Assembly: GCA_036396795.1 (NCBI GenBank)
Contig: DASWKF010000084.1
Span: forward strand, 71,002 to 135,001
Reading direction: 5' to 3'
From: Gammaproteobacteria bacterium
GTDB lineage: Bacteria > Pseudomonadota > Gammaproteobacteria > Steroidobacterales > Rariloculaceae
Length of the DNA stretch: 64,000 bases
In this document: one piece after another, positions 45,807 to 55,807 of the stretch
Layout of the letters: each line of letters begins with the position of its first letter
Position numbering within the stretch: the first letter of the stretch is position 1
The notes under the pieces: model-generated
Told to the model about the DNA's origin: nothing
Seen by the model: the letters and a program-made list of their open reading frames with translations, nothing else
Database searches by the model: none
Made by a program: the position numbers and the translations under genes

Positions 45807-46522
45807 CGCTGCAGATCCTTGCGCGGCAACGGCGCGGCATAGTACCGCGGCGCGAGCCGCCGCGCGGGCACGCCGGCGGCATGCGCGAGCGCGAGCCAGC
45901 GGTTTGCGAAGCTCCGGCGCCACCAGCCGTCACGCTCCCAGCGTCGCGTCGCGACGCCTATCGGCAACCGCAGGGCCTCGAATCGCCCGCGCATTCTGAG
46001 TTTCCTGACGAGCATCGCGTCCTCGAACAATGGCTCATGAGCGAAGCCACCACAAGCGGCGTAGGCGTCGCGCCGGACGAACAAGCCCTGGTCGCCGTAA
46101 GGGATGCCGCCGAGCCGCGTGCGCAGCCGGATGAGCCCTTGAAGGATCGTCTTTTGCCAGCGCGGCGGCCCTTGGAACTTGAACTGAAAATAGCCGCCTT
46201 TGGCTCCGCCGGCGATAGCCGCGCCGATGGCCTCGAGACTCGAGGCTTCAGGCTCGGCGTCTGCGTGCAGGAACCACAATATGGTCGATCCGCAAGCTCC
46301 GGCGCCGAGGTCGAGCTGAGCGCCGCGGCAGGGTGTCGTCAGCAGCAATCGGCAGTCGTGCTCGCGGCACAAGGACTCGAGGCTTTCGTCCGCCTTGCCT
46401 GCGACGACGACGATCTCGGCAGGCTGCGCCGCCCAGGCGCGAACCGAACCGAGCAGGATGCCGAGGGCCGGGCTGTCGCTTAGAACCGGTATGACGATGG
46501 AAACGTCTCGCGTAGACATCAC
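45803..46522 (-). CDS. family-2 glycosyltransferase, rSAM/selenodomain-associated type (TIGR04283-like)
   Basis: VSIVIPVLSDSP, LWFLHADAEP, IPYGDQGLFVRRDAY. Family assignment is by recollection of the family pattern and the gene context. Confidence 0.7.
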   Translation of the reverse strand: MMSTRDVSIVIPVLSDSPALGILLGSVRAWAAQPAEIVVVAGKADESLESLCREHDCRLLLTTPCRGAQLDLGAGACGSTILWFLHADAEPEASSLEAIGAAIAGGAKGGYFQFKFQGPPRWQKTILQGLIRLRTRLGGIPYGDQGLFVRRDAYAACGGFAHEPLFEDAMLVRKLRMRGRFEALRLPIGVATRRWERDGWWRRSFANRWLALAHAAGVPARRLAPRYYAAPLPRKDLQR

Positions 46523-47988
46523 GCGCGCAACTGAAACCAGGCGTTCAACAGTTTTCTGACCATCGGCGTAAGGCGGGTTCGATTATAGCGGTCGGTCAGA
46601 AGCCGCAAGTATTCTGCATGCGTGGGATAGGGAAGAACGGTCTTCCCGAGGTCTCGCAGCGTGAGACGGTTGCTCATGGCTATGCACAGCGGCGCGATCA
46701 GATCGCCCGCGTTCTCTCCGACGATCGTCGCGCCCAGCAGCTCATCGGTCTTGCGCTTCGTCAGTACTTCGGCGAAGTGATCGACGTTGCCGGCCGCTCG
46801 ACCTCTATCCAGCTCGGAAAAGTCCAGATGCTGGAGATCGAAATCGATGTCCGCGCGTTCGAGCTCGTCTTGTGTTTTCCCGATTTGAGCGACCTCGGGC
46901 GTGGTGAACGTGCAATGCGGGATCAGCAGCTTGCGAGTGCTCGCTGTCGGCGCGAACAGCGCGTTTTGGATCACGATGCGCGCTTGCGCGTCGGCGTGGT
47001 GGGTATATTGACGCGACGTGCAAACGTCGCCGGCCGCGAAAACTCGCGGCGCCGTGGTTCGCAGTCGATGGTCGACCTCGATCAAGCCGTCCGGCGTCAG
47101 CTCGACGCCGACGGTATCGAGCTCGAGCCCGCTCGTGTTCGCCCGTCGGCCCGCCGCGACGAGCACGCGCTCGGCGCCGACCTCGCCGTCGGCAAGCTTC
47201 AATACGGTCGAGGAGCCCCGGCGGCGGACCTCCACGAGCTTCGCGTTCAAATGTAGCGAGACGCCCGCACGCTGCAAGGCGCTCGCCACGGCGGCACTCG
47301 CGCCCGGCGATTCCGTCGGCAGCACCCGGCCGGCGCTATCGAGAAGGTGCATCTTCACGCCGAGCGCCGCCAAGGCCTGAGCGAGCTCGCAGCCCACCGG
47401 CCCGGCGCCGAGAATCGCGAGGGAGGCGGGCGCTCGCGGAATCTCGAAGACGGTCTCGTTCGTCAGCGGCTCGGCCGCGCTCAGTCCCGGGACGTCTGGG
47501 ATATGTGGCCGCGCGCCGGTCGCGATGACGATGCGGCGAGCCGAAAGGCAAAGATCATGAACCTGCACGGTCGAGCGATCGAGAAACCGAGCGGTGCCGA
47601 GGAACACGTCGACGCCCGCACGCGTGTAGCGCTCGACGGAGTCGTGCTCCGCTATTGCCGCGCGGACCTCGCGCATCCAGCCGAAGGCTTCATCGAAGCC
47701 GGGGCGCTCGGGGTGGTGCCTGACGTACTCGAGCAGCGCCTTCGACGGCACGCAACCGACGTTCAGGCAGTCGCCGCCCATCGCGCGGTGCTCGACCAGC
47801 GCCACGCGGGCGCCGAGACCTGCGGCGCCGAGGGCACAGATGAGCCCGGCCGGTCCGGCGCCGATGACGACCATGTGGTAGCGAGGCCTGGGCGCCGGAT
47901 TGCCGTAGGACGGCGGAAACGTCAGCGTCCGCCAACGCGCGTCGTGAGCGGCGCCGGGGTAAGCGCCGGCGAAAGCGCTGCCGATCAC
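46519..47988 (-). CDS. FAD-dependent pyridine nucleotide-disulfide oxidoreductase (mercuric-reductase-like)
   Basis: VVIGAGPAG and the redox-active GGDCLNVGCVPSK. A second Rossmann motif LAILGAGPVGCE and a C-terminal dimerisation region. GTG 47988 overlaps the upstream stop (GTGA); the listed start at 48210 is an Arg-rich overlap artefact. Confidence 0.85.
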   Translation of the reverse strand: MIGSAFAGAYPGAAHDARWRTLTFPPSYGNPAPRPRYHMVVIGAGPAGLICALGAAGLGARVALVEHRAMGGDCLNVGCVPSKALLEYVRHHPERPGFDEAFGWMREVRAAIAEHDSVERYTRAGVDVFLGTARFLDRSTVQVHDLCLSARRIVIATGARPHIPDVPGLSAAEPLTNETVFEIPRAPASLAILGAGPVGCELAQALAALGVKMHLLDSAGRVLPTESPGASAAVASALQRAGVSLHLNAKLVEVRRRGSSTVLKLADGEVGAERVLVAAGRRANTSGLELDTVGVELTPDGLIEVDHRLRTTAPRVFAAGDVCTSRQYTHHADAQARIVIQNALFAPTASTRKLLIPHCTFTTPEVAQIGKTQDELERADIDFDLQHLDFSELDRGRAAGNVDHFAEVLTKRKTDELLGATIVGENAGDLIAPLCIAMSNRLTLRDLGKTVLPYPTHAEYLRLLTDRYNRTRLTPMVRKLLNAWFQLRA

Positions 47989-48713
47989 GGCAAGCCTCCG
48001 GGCGACTCGGGCTTCAGCCGCCGCCGCAGGACCGCCGTCGCGCGGCGGGCGATCAATACGGTCAGCACCGCCGTCGCCGCGAGCCCGCCGAGCACCAAGA
48101 CCCGGCCCGCGGCGCCAGTTTGAACCTCGCCGCCGGTGATTTGTGTGAGGTCGTTTGCCACAGTTCCGATGTAAACGTAGAGCACGGTCGCTGGCAGCAT
48201 TCCCATCCATGAGGCGAGCACATAGTGCTCGAGGCGCACGGCGGTCAACGCCAGGCCGTAGTTCAGCAGATTAAACGGAAACAGCGGCGACAGACGAGCG
48301 AGGATCACGATCGCGAATCCGGAACGGCGCGTTGCCCTGTCCAGGGCTTGAAAAACCTCGTGCCGTTCGAGGCGCCGTTCGATCCAATTTCTGGCGAGGT
48401 AGCGCCCGATGAGAAAAGCGGCGGTGGCGCCGAGCGTGCTGCCCGCGGAGACCAGGACCACGCCGAGCGGCAGGCCGAAGACGAAACCCGCCGCGAGCGT
48501 CAGTATCGATCCCGGCATCACGAGCACGGTGGCGACGACATAGGCGGCGACGAATAGTAGCCAAGCCAGCCCGCGGTACGCGCGGATCCACTCCACGCCG
48601 AGCGCAAGCGCTTCCGCCAAGGGCAGCCAGATGAGACAGGTCGTGACGACCGCGAGCAAGGCGGCAAGCGCGAGCGGTCGCCGCCATCTCATGACGCGGA
48701 AGGCGTTGCGCAA
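47985..48713 (-). CDS. TVP38/TMEM64 (DedA-related) membrane protein
   Basis: VMPGSILTLAAGFVFGLPLGVVLVSAGSTLGATAAFLIGRYLAR and multiple TMs. Confidence 0.85.
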   Translation of the reverse strand: MRNAFRVMRWRRPLALAALLAVVTTCLIWLPLAEALALGVEWIRAYRGLAWLLFVAAYVVATVLVMPGSILTLAAGFVFGLPLGVVLVSAGSTLGATAAFLIGRYLARNWIERRLERHEVFQALDRATRRSGFAIVILARLSPLFPFNLLNYGLALTAVRLEHYVLASWMGMLPATVLYVYIGTVANDLTQITGGEVQTGAAGRVLVLGGLAATAVLTVLIARRATAVLRRRLKPESPGGLP

Positions 48714-49396
48714 GGCGCGCGCTCGAGGACCCAGCGGCGCAGCGCCTGACGAGCCGGCCGCGAATCGCCGGTCAGCGCGTCGGCGGCTCGCAGCAGATCG
48801 TCGAGAGTATCGACGTCATGCCTTTGGGCGAGCGTCGCGACGCTCCAGCACTGTTGCACGAGCAGCGCCCTGAGGGCCTCGGCCAACCGGTCGCTGCTCC
48901 ACGGGAGCTTCCCCAGGGCCGGCCACGGGCGCCGTGATCCCATCACCACGACGCCGCCGTCTCCGGCGGGGCCGAGAACCGCGTCGTCGCGTTCGAGAGC
49001 CGCCGCGGCTGCGTGCAGGTAGCGATCATCCATCTGCGGGCAGTCGGATCCGATATATAGCGCCCGTTGCATACCGTTGCGTCGCAGCGCCTCGTCCACG
49101 TGGCTGATGCGCTCCCCAAGTGAGCGGCCACGCTGCAAGACGACGTTCAGGTCATCGCCCAACTCCGATTCGAGCCACTGCGCATCCTGCTTCTCGGCGG
49201 CGGCGAGCACGCGGTCGCCGGGCCAGGCCCGAAGGTCCTCGAGCGCGCAACAAAGGAGATGCGCTGCCGCGTCCGAGCTCGCGTCGCCGAGCTGCACCGC
49301 AAGCCGGCGCTTCGCTGTCGCCGGCGCCTTGAAAAACAGCACCAGGCAGACCGAGGCGGGTGAATGGTGAACGCTTTCTGTCTGCGGCATGTCCAT
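48689..49396 (-). CDS. DUF2064-type nucleotidyl/glycosyl-transferase-like protein (TIGR04282-like, rSAM/selenodomain-associated)
   Basis: VCLVLFFKAPATAKRRLAVQLG...ALEDL and YIGSDCPQM. Start ATG 49396 chosen. Confidence 0.65.
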   Translation of the reverse strand: MDMPQTESVHHSPASVCLVLFFKAPATAKRRLAVQLGDASSDAAAHLLCCALEDLRAWPGDRVLAAAEKQDAQWLESELGDDLNVVLQRGRSLGERISHVDEALRRNGMQRALYIGSDCPQMDDRYLHAAAAALERDDAVLGPAGDGGVVVMGSRRPWPALGKLPWSSDRLAEALRALLVQQCWSVATLAQRHDVDTLDDLLRAADALTGDSRPARQALRRWVLERAPCATPSAS

Positions 49397-49611
49397 TGAG
49401 ACCCGGGCTGCGTGACCGTTGTTACGTTTCGGCCCCGCCAATCGGCGCTCCGGCGCCCCCGCCGGGCCCGCCGCTCGGCGGGATTATGGAAAAAAGGCCG
49501 GCTGAGCGCACGCTTCCGAGCCACGGAATAACGTGAACGTGTCCATGGTAGGCTGTATGTGGGCTCTGTAAACTGTTAGCATTTTCACGGCGAACGAGCT
49601 CTTTATCGGCT

Positions 49612-49944
49612 ATGTCCGACAAGAAGTACACCAGCATCAACCGCGAGAAGGCTGCCGGCCGCGTCGAGTTCCGCAGCGGCAAAGCCGTCTGGCAATGGGC
49701 CGGGGAACAGGGCGAGAGCACCTCGATCCTGCTGAAGCGTCTCGAGAACCCGGAGCTGGAGCTCGAGCGGACCCGCCGGATGGCCGTGGCAAAAAAGAAG
49801 CTTGCTGCGCCCAGCAAGGCGGCCGGTAAGCCCGCGGCGCGCGAAAGGCCTAAGCCGGGCTCCGCAGAGCCGCTCGACTTCGATACCGACGACACTAGCG
49901 CCGGCCCCGGGCATTCCGGCTTCGATCCCTACAACAACGGCTGA
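49612..49944 (+). CDS. small basic hypothetical protein (110 aa)
   Basis: ORF in an otherwise empty region; ends GFDPYNNG. No family recognised. Confidence 0.45.
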   Translation: MSDKKYTSINREKAAGRVEFRSGKAVWQWAGEQGESTSILLKRLENPELELERTRRMAVAKKKLAAPSKAAGKPAARERPKPGSAEPLDFDTDDTSAGPGHSGFDPYNNG

Positions 49945-50243
49945 CGACTTCCTCATATCCACTCGTGGGCGGCGCGTGATCGTTCACCGCCGGACGCTGG
50001 CGCCTGCCTGAAGCCTTCCACCACCGCGGCAGGCACGCGGGGGCCGGTTTCTGGGGCCGACGCGGTGTTCAGCCCCGCCCGATCGGCATTCGTGCGTGGA
50101 CGTCGCGGCCCCTCCAAAAATGTCATTTCGCCGGCTGTTCCGCCCCATGCTTGTGCAAGACTTGCCTCAATATGGTGCACGTCGCCGCGAATACGTGCTG
50201 GCACTCCCCAGCTAACACGCTGAATTTAAAAAGAGTTACGAAC

Positions 50244-50259
50244 TGGCACGGATGCTGCA
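50244..50259 (+). promoter_or_regulatory. sigma-54 (-24/-12) promoter for porin-glnK-amtB
   Basis: TGGCACGgatgCTGCA versus consensus TGGCACG-N4-TTGCW. It lies 47 nt upstream of ATG 50306 with an AT-rich tract (tgaatttaaaaagagtta) just upstream. The nitrogen-regulated gene context fits. Confidence 0.65.
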
Positions 50260-50305
50260 CTGTGCTCGCGTGGCATGACAAACACTATTCAGGAGGATGA
50301 CGGTC

Positions 50306-50938
50306 ATGAAACTTAGGCTTGGACCGATTTTAGGAATGTTGGGCTTGGCCCCAGCGGTCTCGATGGCGCAATTCTCGGGCAACGTCGGCTATATGAGCGA
50401 CTACATCTTCCGGGGTGTGTTTCAAGAAGACTCGTCGGCCATGGGCGGGCTCGATTACGAGCACGACAGCGGATTCTACATCGGCACCTGGGCCGCGGAC
50501 GTCGGCGACGGACTGGAAACGGACCTGTACTTCGGCTATGGCGGCAGTTCCGGGGACTTCAGCTACAGCATCGGCTTCACCGGGTATTTTTACACGGACG
50601 ATTTCGATGACACCTACCAGGAAATCAATCTCGGTGTCGGCTGGGCGGGCTTGAGCTTGGATTTCGCCGCGGGCGAGTGGGACGGATTCGGCGCCTCGCA
50701 GGATTACACGTTCACGTCGCTCGGTTACGAGTTCCCGGCCGGCTTCTATATCACTCTCGGAAGCTGGGGCGATGACTTCGACGGTGACTACGCGGAGCTC
50801 GGCTACGGCTTCTCGTGGGAAGAGATCGATTTCTCGATCGCCTGGGTAAACAGCAGCGACTTTTTCGTCAGCGAAGACACATTCGCCGACAACGCGCTTA
50901 CATTCTCCATCAGCAAGTCGTTCGCGATAGGAGAGTAA
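50306..50938 (+). CDS. TorF-family putative outer-membrane porin
   Basis: AGGAGG 9 nt upstream of ATG 50306 and a signal peptide. FSGNVGYMSDYIFRGVFQEDSSAMGGLDYEHDSGFYIGTWAADV, with alternating beta-strand pattern throughout. Confidence 0.75.
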   Translation: MKLRLGPILGMLGLAPAVSMAQFSGNVGYMSDYIFRGVFQEDSSAMGGLDYEHDSGFYIGTWAADVGDGLETDLYFGYGGSSGDFSYSIGFTGYFYTDDFDDTYQEINLGVGWAGLSLDFAAGEWDGFGASQDYTFTSLGYEFPAGFYITLGSWGDDFDGDYAELGYGFSWEEIDFSIAWVNSSDFFVSEDTFADNALTFSISKSFAIGE

Positions 50939-51304
<366 letters not shown>

Positions 51305-51324
51305 GGCGGGAGGAGTAAAGCAAA

Positions 51325-52572
51325 ATGGATATCTTAGAACTCAGCTACGCACTCGATACGTTCTACTTCCTCGTGATGGGAGCGCTCGTGATGTGGATGG
51401 CTGCGGGCTTCACGATGCTCGAGGCGGGTTTGGTGCGGGCGAAAAATACCGCAGAAATCCTGACGAAGAACGTGGGGCTCTATTCGATCGCTTGCATCAT
51501 GTACATGATCTGCGGCTACGGCATCATGTATGGAGATGGTAACGGCGTCATCCCGGGAATCAGCATGCTGACTTCCGCCGATAACGCCACCGCCGACGTG
51601 CTCGCCGGCGGCGACGATGCTCCATATTATTCGAGCCTGTCGGACTTCTTCTTTCAGGTCGTGTTCGTGGCAACCGCGATGTCGATCGTGTCCGGCGCCG
51701 TCGCCGAGCGCATGAAGCTGTTCTCGTTCTTGTTGTTCGCCGTCGTCCTGACCGGAGTGATCTATCCCGTGCAGGGCTACTGGAAATGGGGCGGCGGCTG
51801 GCTCAACGAGGCCGGCTTTCTGGACTTCGCGGGCTCAGGCGTCGTGCATTTGTGCGGCGGCGCAGCGGCATTGGCCGGAGTGCTCCTGCTCGGCGCGCGC
51901 AAGGGTAAATACGGCCCGGGCGGCGAGGTTCGGGCGATTCCCGGCGCCAACCTGCCGTTGTCGGCCCTCGGCACGCTGATCCTCTGGCTGGGGTGGTTCG
52001 GCTTCAACGGGGGCTCCGAGCTCAAGATCGCCAACGTCGAGGAAGCGAACGCGGTGTCGCTGGTCATCGTCAACACCAACATGGCGGCAGCCGGCGGACT
52101 GGTCGCGGCGCTGCTGTTGGCGCGCGCCTGGTTCGGCAAGGCCGATTTGACGATGGCGTTGAACGGCGCGCTCGCGGGTCTGGTGGCGATCACGGCGGAG
52201 CCGCTCACCCCCACACCGGTGCTCGCGACGATCATCGGAGCGATCGGTGGCCTGATTGTGGTTCCGTCCATCGTTTTCCTCGACAAGGCCCTGAAGATCG
52301 ACGATCCGGTCGGCGCAATCTCCGTGCACGGCGTCGTCGGTATGTGGGGTCTATTGGCCGTGTGCCTGTCCAATCCCGATTCTTCGATCGGCGCACAGCT
52401 GCTCGGTCTGGCAACGATCTTCGCGTGGGTGTTTCTGACGAGCTTCGTGGTCTGGCTGATCATCAAGGTCATCATCGGGATCCGAGTATCCGAAGAGGAA
52501 GAATACGAAGGGGTCGATATCGGCGAGTGTGGGCTCGAGGCTTACCCCGAGTTCGCTCCCAAACCCGAATAG
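51325..52572 (+). CDS. amtB: ammonium transporter
   Basis: About 11 TMs. DFAGSGVVHLCGG, LGWFGFNGGS, DDPVGAISVHGVVG. Confidence 0.95.
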   Translation: MDILELSYALDTFYFLVMGALVMWMAAGFTMLEAGLVRAKNTAEILTKNVGLYSIACIMYMICGYGIMYGDGNGVIPGISMLTSADNATADVLAGGDDAPYYSSLSDFFFQVVFVATAMSIVSGAVAERMKLFSFLLFAVVLTGVIYPVQGYWKWGGGWLNEAGFLDFAGSGVVHLCGGAAALAGVLLLGARKGKYGPGGEVRAIPGANLPLSALGTLILWLGWFGFNGGSELKIANVEEANAVSLVIVNTNMAAAGGLVAALLLARAWFGKADLTMALNGALAGLVAITAEPLTPTPVLATIIGAIGGLIVVPSIVFLDKALKIDDPVGAISVHGVVGMWGLLAVCLSNPDSSIGAQLLGLATIFAWVFLTSFVVWLIIKVIIGIRVSEEEEYEGVDIGECGLEAYPEFAPKPE

Positions 52573-52596
52573 AGCCCGAGGGCTCATAAGACGGAG

Positions 52597-52630
52597 CGCC
52601 GCGTGCCGAAAGGCACGCGGCGTTTCCTTT
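52597..52630 (+). terminator. rho-independent terminator after amtB
   Basis: 11-bp perfect stem CGCCGCGTGCC / GGCACGCGGCG with a GAAA loop, followed by TTTCCTTT. The T-tract overlaps the stop of the convergent gene. Confidence 0.75.
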
Positions 52631-53507
52631 ACTGGGACGAGACCTGCTCCAGCCTCATGCGCGCGTCGGCGGCGAGCTCATCCATGAGCCGCCGGATCTC
52701 GTCGGGTCGTACCCACGGATGCGGCTCGCCGGGTCGCCGGTTCTTGAGCAGCTCCGCGCGCGCGAACAGATCGGGAGCGCCGGAAGGAGCGATATCGTAG
52801 TGATTGACGATCTGCACCTGGATGTCCGGGAGCGCCTTGATCCGCTCACAGTCGGCGATGAACTCGCGAATGATGGCCGGATCCTCGGACCGCAACGCGG
52901 TGCCGCCGTGGAAGTAGGCTTCATAGCGCGTGCCGTTGTCGTAAACGGGGAAGCGCATTGACGTTGTGCCCGGCGTATGCCCGGGAGTGATCTCGAAGTG
53001 GATGGTCTGATCGCCGAGCGTGAGCGTGTCGCCTTCCTCGATGACGATATCCCTGGGCGGGGCGTACTCGCCCAGATCCTCCTCGATCAACTTCCAATCT
53101 TCTTCCGCCGCGCCCCACTGCGCGTCGAGGATGTCTTTCAACGCCACCGCGCCCATGTAGTGATCGCGGTGCCCCTGGAGGATCAGGACATATCGGATGT
53201 CCGCCGGATCCAGGCCGACCTTGCGGATGTTGCCGAGCAGATATTCGGTGTAGCCGGGCAGATCCCACATCGTATCGATGAGTATGAGGCCCTCGCTCGT
53301 GGTCATGACGTGGGCCGCCACCTCGCCCTGGCCGACGAAATACAGATTGTCGAAGATCTGAAACGGCTCGCGCGCCATCTGCGACAGGTCGTTTCTGGGG
53401 CTGACACGGCTCGCCTCATACGGCGGGTCGTACTGCGAGGCGGCGACACCGGCCCACAGCAGCAGGCTGAGGCCCGTTAGCATGGTCAGTTTTCGTTGTG
53501 TGTGCAT
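52629..53507 (-). CDS. secreted metallo-beta-lactamase-fold hydrolase, subclass-B3-like with QxHxDH
   Basis: Signal peptide. NLYFVGQGEVAAHVMTTSEGLILIDT, ILQGHRDH (Gln in place of the first His of HxHxDH), GHTPGTTS. Confidence 0.7.
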   Translation of the reverse strand: MHTQRKLTMLTGLSLLLWAGVAASQYDPPYEASRVSPRNDLSQMAREPFQIFDNLYFVGQGEVAAHVMTTSEGLILIDTMWDLPGYTEYLLGNIRKVGLDPADIRYVLILQGHRDHYMGAVALKDILDAQWGAAEEDWKLIEEDLGEYAPPRDIVIEEGDTLTLGDQTIHFEITPGHTPGTTSMRFPVYDNGTRYEAYFHGGTALRSEDPAIIREFIADCERIKALPDIQVQIVNHYDIAPSGAPDLFARAELLKNRRPGEPHPWVRPDEIRRLMDELAADARMRLEQVSSQ

Positions 53508-53532
53508 GTTTTTTCTACTCTTGAATAAGGTT

Positions 53533-54177
53533 CTAGTCGTCGTCGATTTCGCGGATTAGTCTGTCGTTTTCATCCCAATCATAGCGGATCGGGCGCCCGT
53601 TCTCGTCGATGAATCGCAGCGCCTGCTGGAACATGCCTTGCGGAGCCGAGCCCGCGGGCACGGTGGCTTCAATGATAAATAGTTGATCTCCATGCAGATA
53701 GATGCCCGCATAGGTTCTCGACCGATCCGCGTTGGTGATCTGCAGCTGATGGCCCGGGACGCGGTCGACGTGGTGCCAGGCGTCATAGGTCACTTCCCCG
53801 CCTCGCTGACGAAACTGCCAGGCGGCGTAGTCGACCGAGGCCAGCTTGTCGATTCTCCAATATTCGTAGTTGGTGGGTGAGTCCGCCTCGGTCGTGTTCG
53901 TGCGCGCCTCATGAATTGCTCTGGCGTCGCTGTAGTCGATTACGGTGACCGAGTAGTGACGTCCATCGAGGTCGATGGAATGAACCCGCCCCGGGAATAC
54001 GGCGCCGTACTCCGAATCCCAGCTGATCTTGCGAACTTCGGGCTCGCCAGGGAAGATCGTTCTGAACCGGTCTTCATCGCTGACATATTCAGCCCAGGAC
54101 TGCGCCATCGTGGCGCCGATCGGAGCTGTCGCGCCCACACCGAGAGCCAACACGGAAAGCGTCCAGCGTCTTGCCAT
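53533..54177 (-). CDS. secreted hypothetical protein
   Basis: ATG 54177 gives the signal peptide MARRWTLSVLALGVGATAPIGATMA. No family recognised. Confidence 0.55.
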   Translation of the reverse strand: MARRWTLSVLALGVGATAPIGATMAQSWAEYVSDEDRFRTIFPGEPEVRKISWDSEYGAVFPGRVHSIDLDGRHYSVTVIDYSDARAIHEARTNTTEADSPTNYEYWRIDKLASVDYAAWQFRQRGGEVTYDAWHHVDRVPGHQLQITNADRSRTYAGIYLHGDQLFIIEATVPAGSAPQGMFQQALRFIDENGRPIRYDWDENDRLIREIDDD

Positions 54178-54240
54178 CTCATCCCCCCAAATCTCTAGCA
54201 GCTTTGGCGCGGATTCTAGCAAAGAGTTCCAGGACCGGCG

Positions 54241-55773
54241 TCAGGCGTGCTCCATGCCCGGCGCTTCCTCGACGAGCCGGCCGGCCTCGATGCGCATGTA
54301 GCGGTTGAAATGCGCGCCGTTGACGGCGAGGTGAGTGGCGCAGACCAGCTGACTGCCGCGCGCGATGATCTGGTTGAGCTCCCGGGATACCAGCTCCAGG
54401 TTTCTCGGATCCAGGCCCTCCCACGGCTCGTCCAGCAGCAGCACTCTCGGTGAGCGCACGACGGCGCGGGCGATCAGAACTCGGCGGAATTGGCCGTAAG
54501 ACAATGCCTTGACGTTCCGCTCCGCCAGCGCCTGCAGATCGAAGGTTTCCAAAAGCTCTTCGACGGTGCGCTTTTCCTCGGGCTTGAGGCGTCGGGTCTG
54601 GCCGATGCTCGAATCGAAGCCCGAGGCGATGCATTGACGCACGTTGGTCGGGTACCAATAGCCGGCTTGGAGCTCGGGTGAAACCCAGGCAACCTGCTTG
54701 CGAAGCGACCAAACGTTCTCGGGGTTCGCGATACCCGGATAGCGCAGCGACCCCCCTTTGGCCGGGCGTAGCTGTCCGTGGAGAAGTCGAAGAAACGTGC
54801 TCTTGCCGGCGCCGTTCGGCCCCGTCAGCTGCCAATGCTCGCCCTCTCGTAATGTCCAGCTGACGTCGGCGAGCGCGCGGCGATGGTCCAACCACACGTC
54901 GGCGTGCTCGATCACGATGAGGGCCGGGGTGTCGCCCGCCGAGTTGCGCTTCGCAGGCGGCGTTTCTTTCAGCGGCGATGGAGCCGGCGTGAGCATCGCG
55001 ACCGTCGACGGCGCCCGCGCCTCGGCTGGAACGGGCCCGCGCTCGACGATACGGCCGTGCTCCAGGCGCAGCATGGTGTTCAGCGATGACGGTAGCCCCA
55101 CGGGCTCGTGAAACGAGCAGATGATTGTCGTCTGCCGGCTGAGCTGGTCGATCGTCTCGTCGAGCGCGCGGCGAGAACGCGGATCGAGACCCGCCGCGGG
55201 CTCGTCCAGGATCAGCACGGTCGGCTTGAACGCCAGCCCGCGCGCGATCAATACTCGCCGCTGCTCGCCGCGTGAAAGCTCGAGAAACGGCCGCTCCGCA
55301 AGATGCAGGAGCTTCAGTTGTCTTAACAGCCCGCGAGCGCGGATCCGGTCCGCCGCATTCGTTTGGCGCCGCGGCACGTCCGTTCTCGCCAGACCCGACA
55401 TCACCACGTCGACGGCATCGAAGTTCCATCCCAGGCGCGTGTACCGATCTTGCAGCTCGTGGCCGACGAGCGTGATTCTCCCGAGTGCTTCGATGGCGTC
55501 GGTCTGCGGCTCGCCGCCGAAGCGGTAGCGGCGTTTCCCTGCACCCGGCGCCGGCCAAAGCGTACCGGCAAGCAACCTCAGAAAACTCGTCTTGCCGCTG
55601 CCGTTGGGCCCTATGACGGCCCAGTGCTCACCGAGCCGCAACTCCCAATTGAGGTCGTGCAGCACCGTCTGTCCGGCAAGCGCGACGTCCACGTGCTCCA
55701 GCGTGATCAGCGGTTGGTCGGTGATGCTTGCGAGGGCCGGCGAGCCCGGGGTTGAGTCGGTCATCGCGGCCAT
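54241..55773 (-). CDS. tandem-ABC ATPase without membrane domain (ModF-like)
   Basis: Two cassettes: GPNGSGKTS...LSRGEQRRVLIARGL...LILDEP and GPNGAGKST...LSYGQFRRVLIARAV...LLLDEP. Confidence 0.8.
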   Translation of the reverse strand: MAAMTDSTPGSPALASITDQPLITLEHVDVALAGQTVLHDLNWELRLGEHWAVIGPNGSGKTSFLRLLAGTLWPAPGAGKRRYRFGGEPQTDAIEALGRITLVGHELQDRYTRLGWNFDAVDVVMSGLARTDVPRRQTNAADRIRARGLLRQLKLLHLAERPFLELSRGEQRRVLIARGLAFKPTVLILDEPAAGLDPRSRRALDETIDQLSRQTTIICSFHEPVGLPSSLNTMLRLEHGRIVERGPVPAEARAPSTVAMLTPAPSPLKETPPAKRNSAGDTPALIVIEHADVWLDHRRALADVSWTLREGEHWQLTGPNGAGKSTFLRLLHGQLRPAKGGSLRYPGIANPENVWSLRKQVAWVSPELQAGYWYPTNVRQCIASGFDSSIGQTRRLKPEEKRTVEELLETFDLQALAERNVKALSYGQFRRVLIARAVVRSPRVLLLDEPWEGLDPRNLELVSRELNQIIARGSQLVCATHLAVNGAHFNRYMRIEAGRLVEEAPGMEHA

Positions 55774-55807
55774 TATACCGGCGCCGGTCGGCAGCCACCT
55801 GCGGTTC

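Noticed and set aside
46570-46590. tRNA T-arm-like GGGTTCGATT
   Set aside because: It lies inside the flavoprotein reductase coding sequence, and no acceptor or anticodon stems can be drawn around it.
50141-50200. NtrC enhancer sites upstream of the sigma-54 promoter
   Set aside because: Only isolated half-site-like GGTGCA/GCAC elements are present, with non-canonical spacing (GCACG-N12-CGTGC). This is too weak to call without a scoring matrix.
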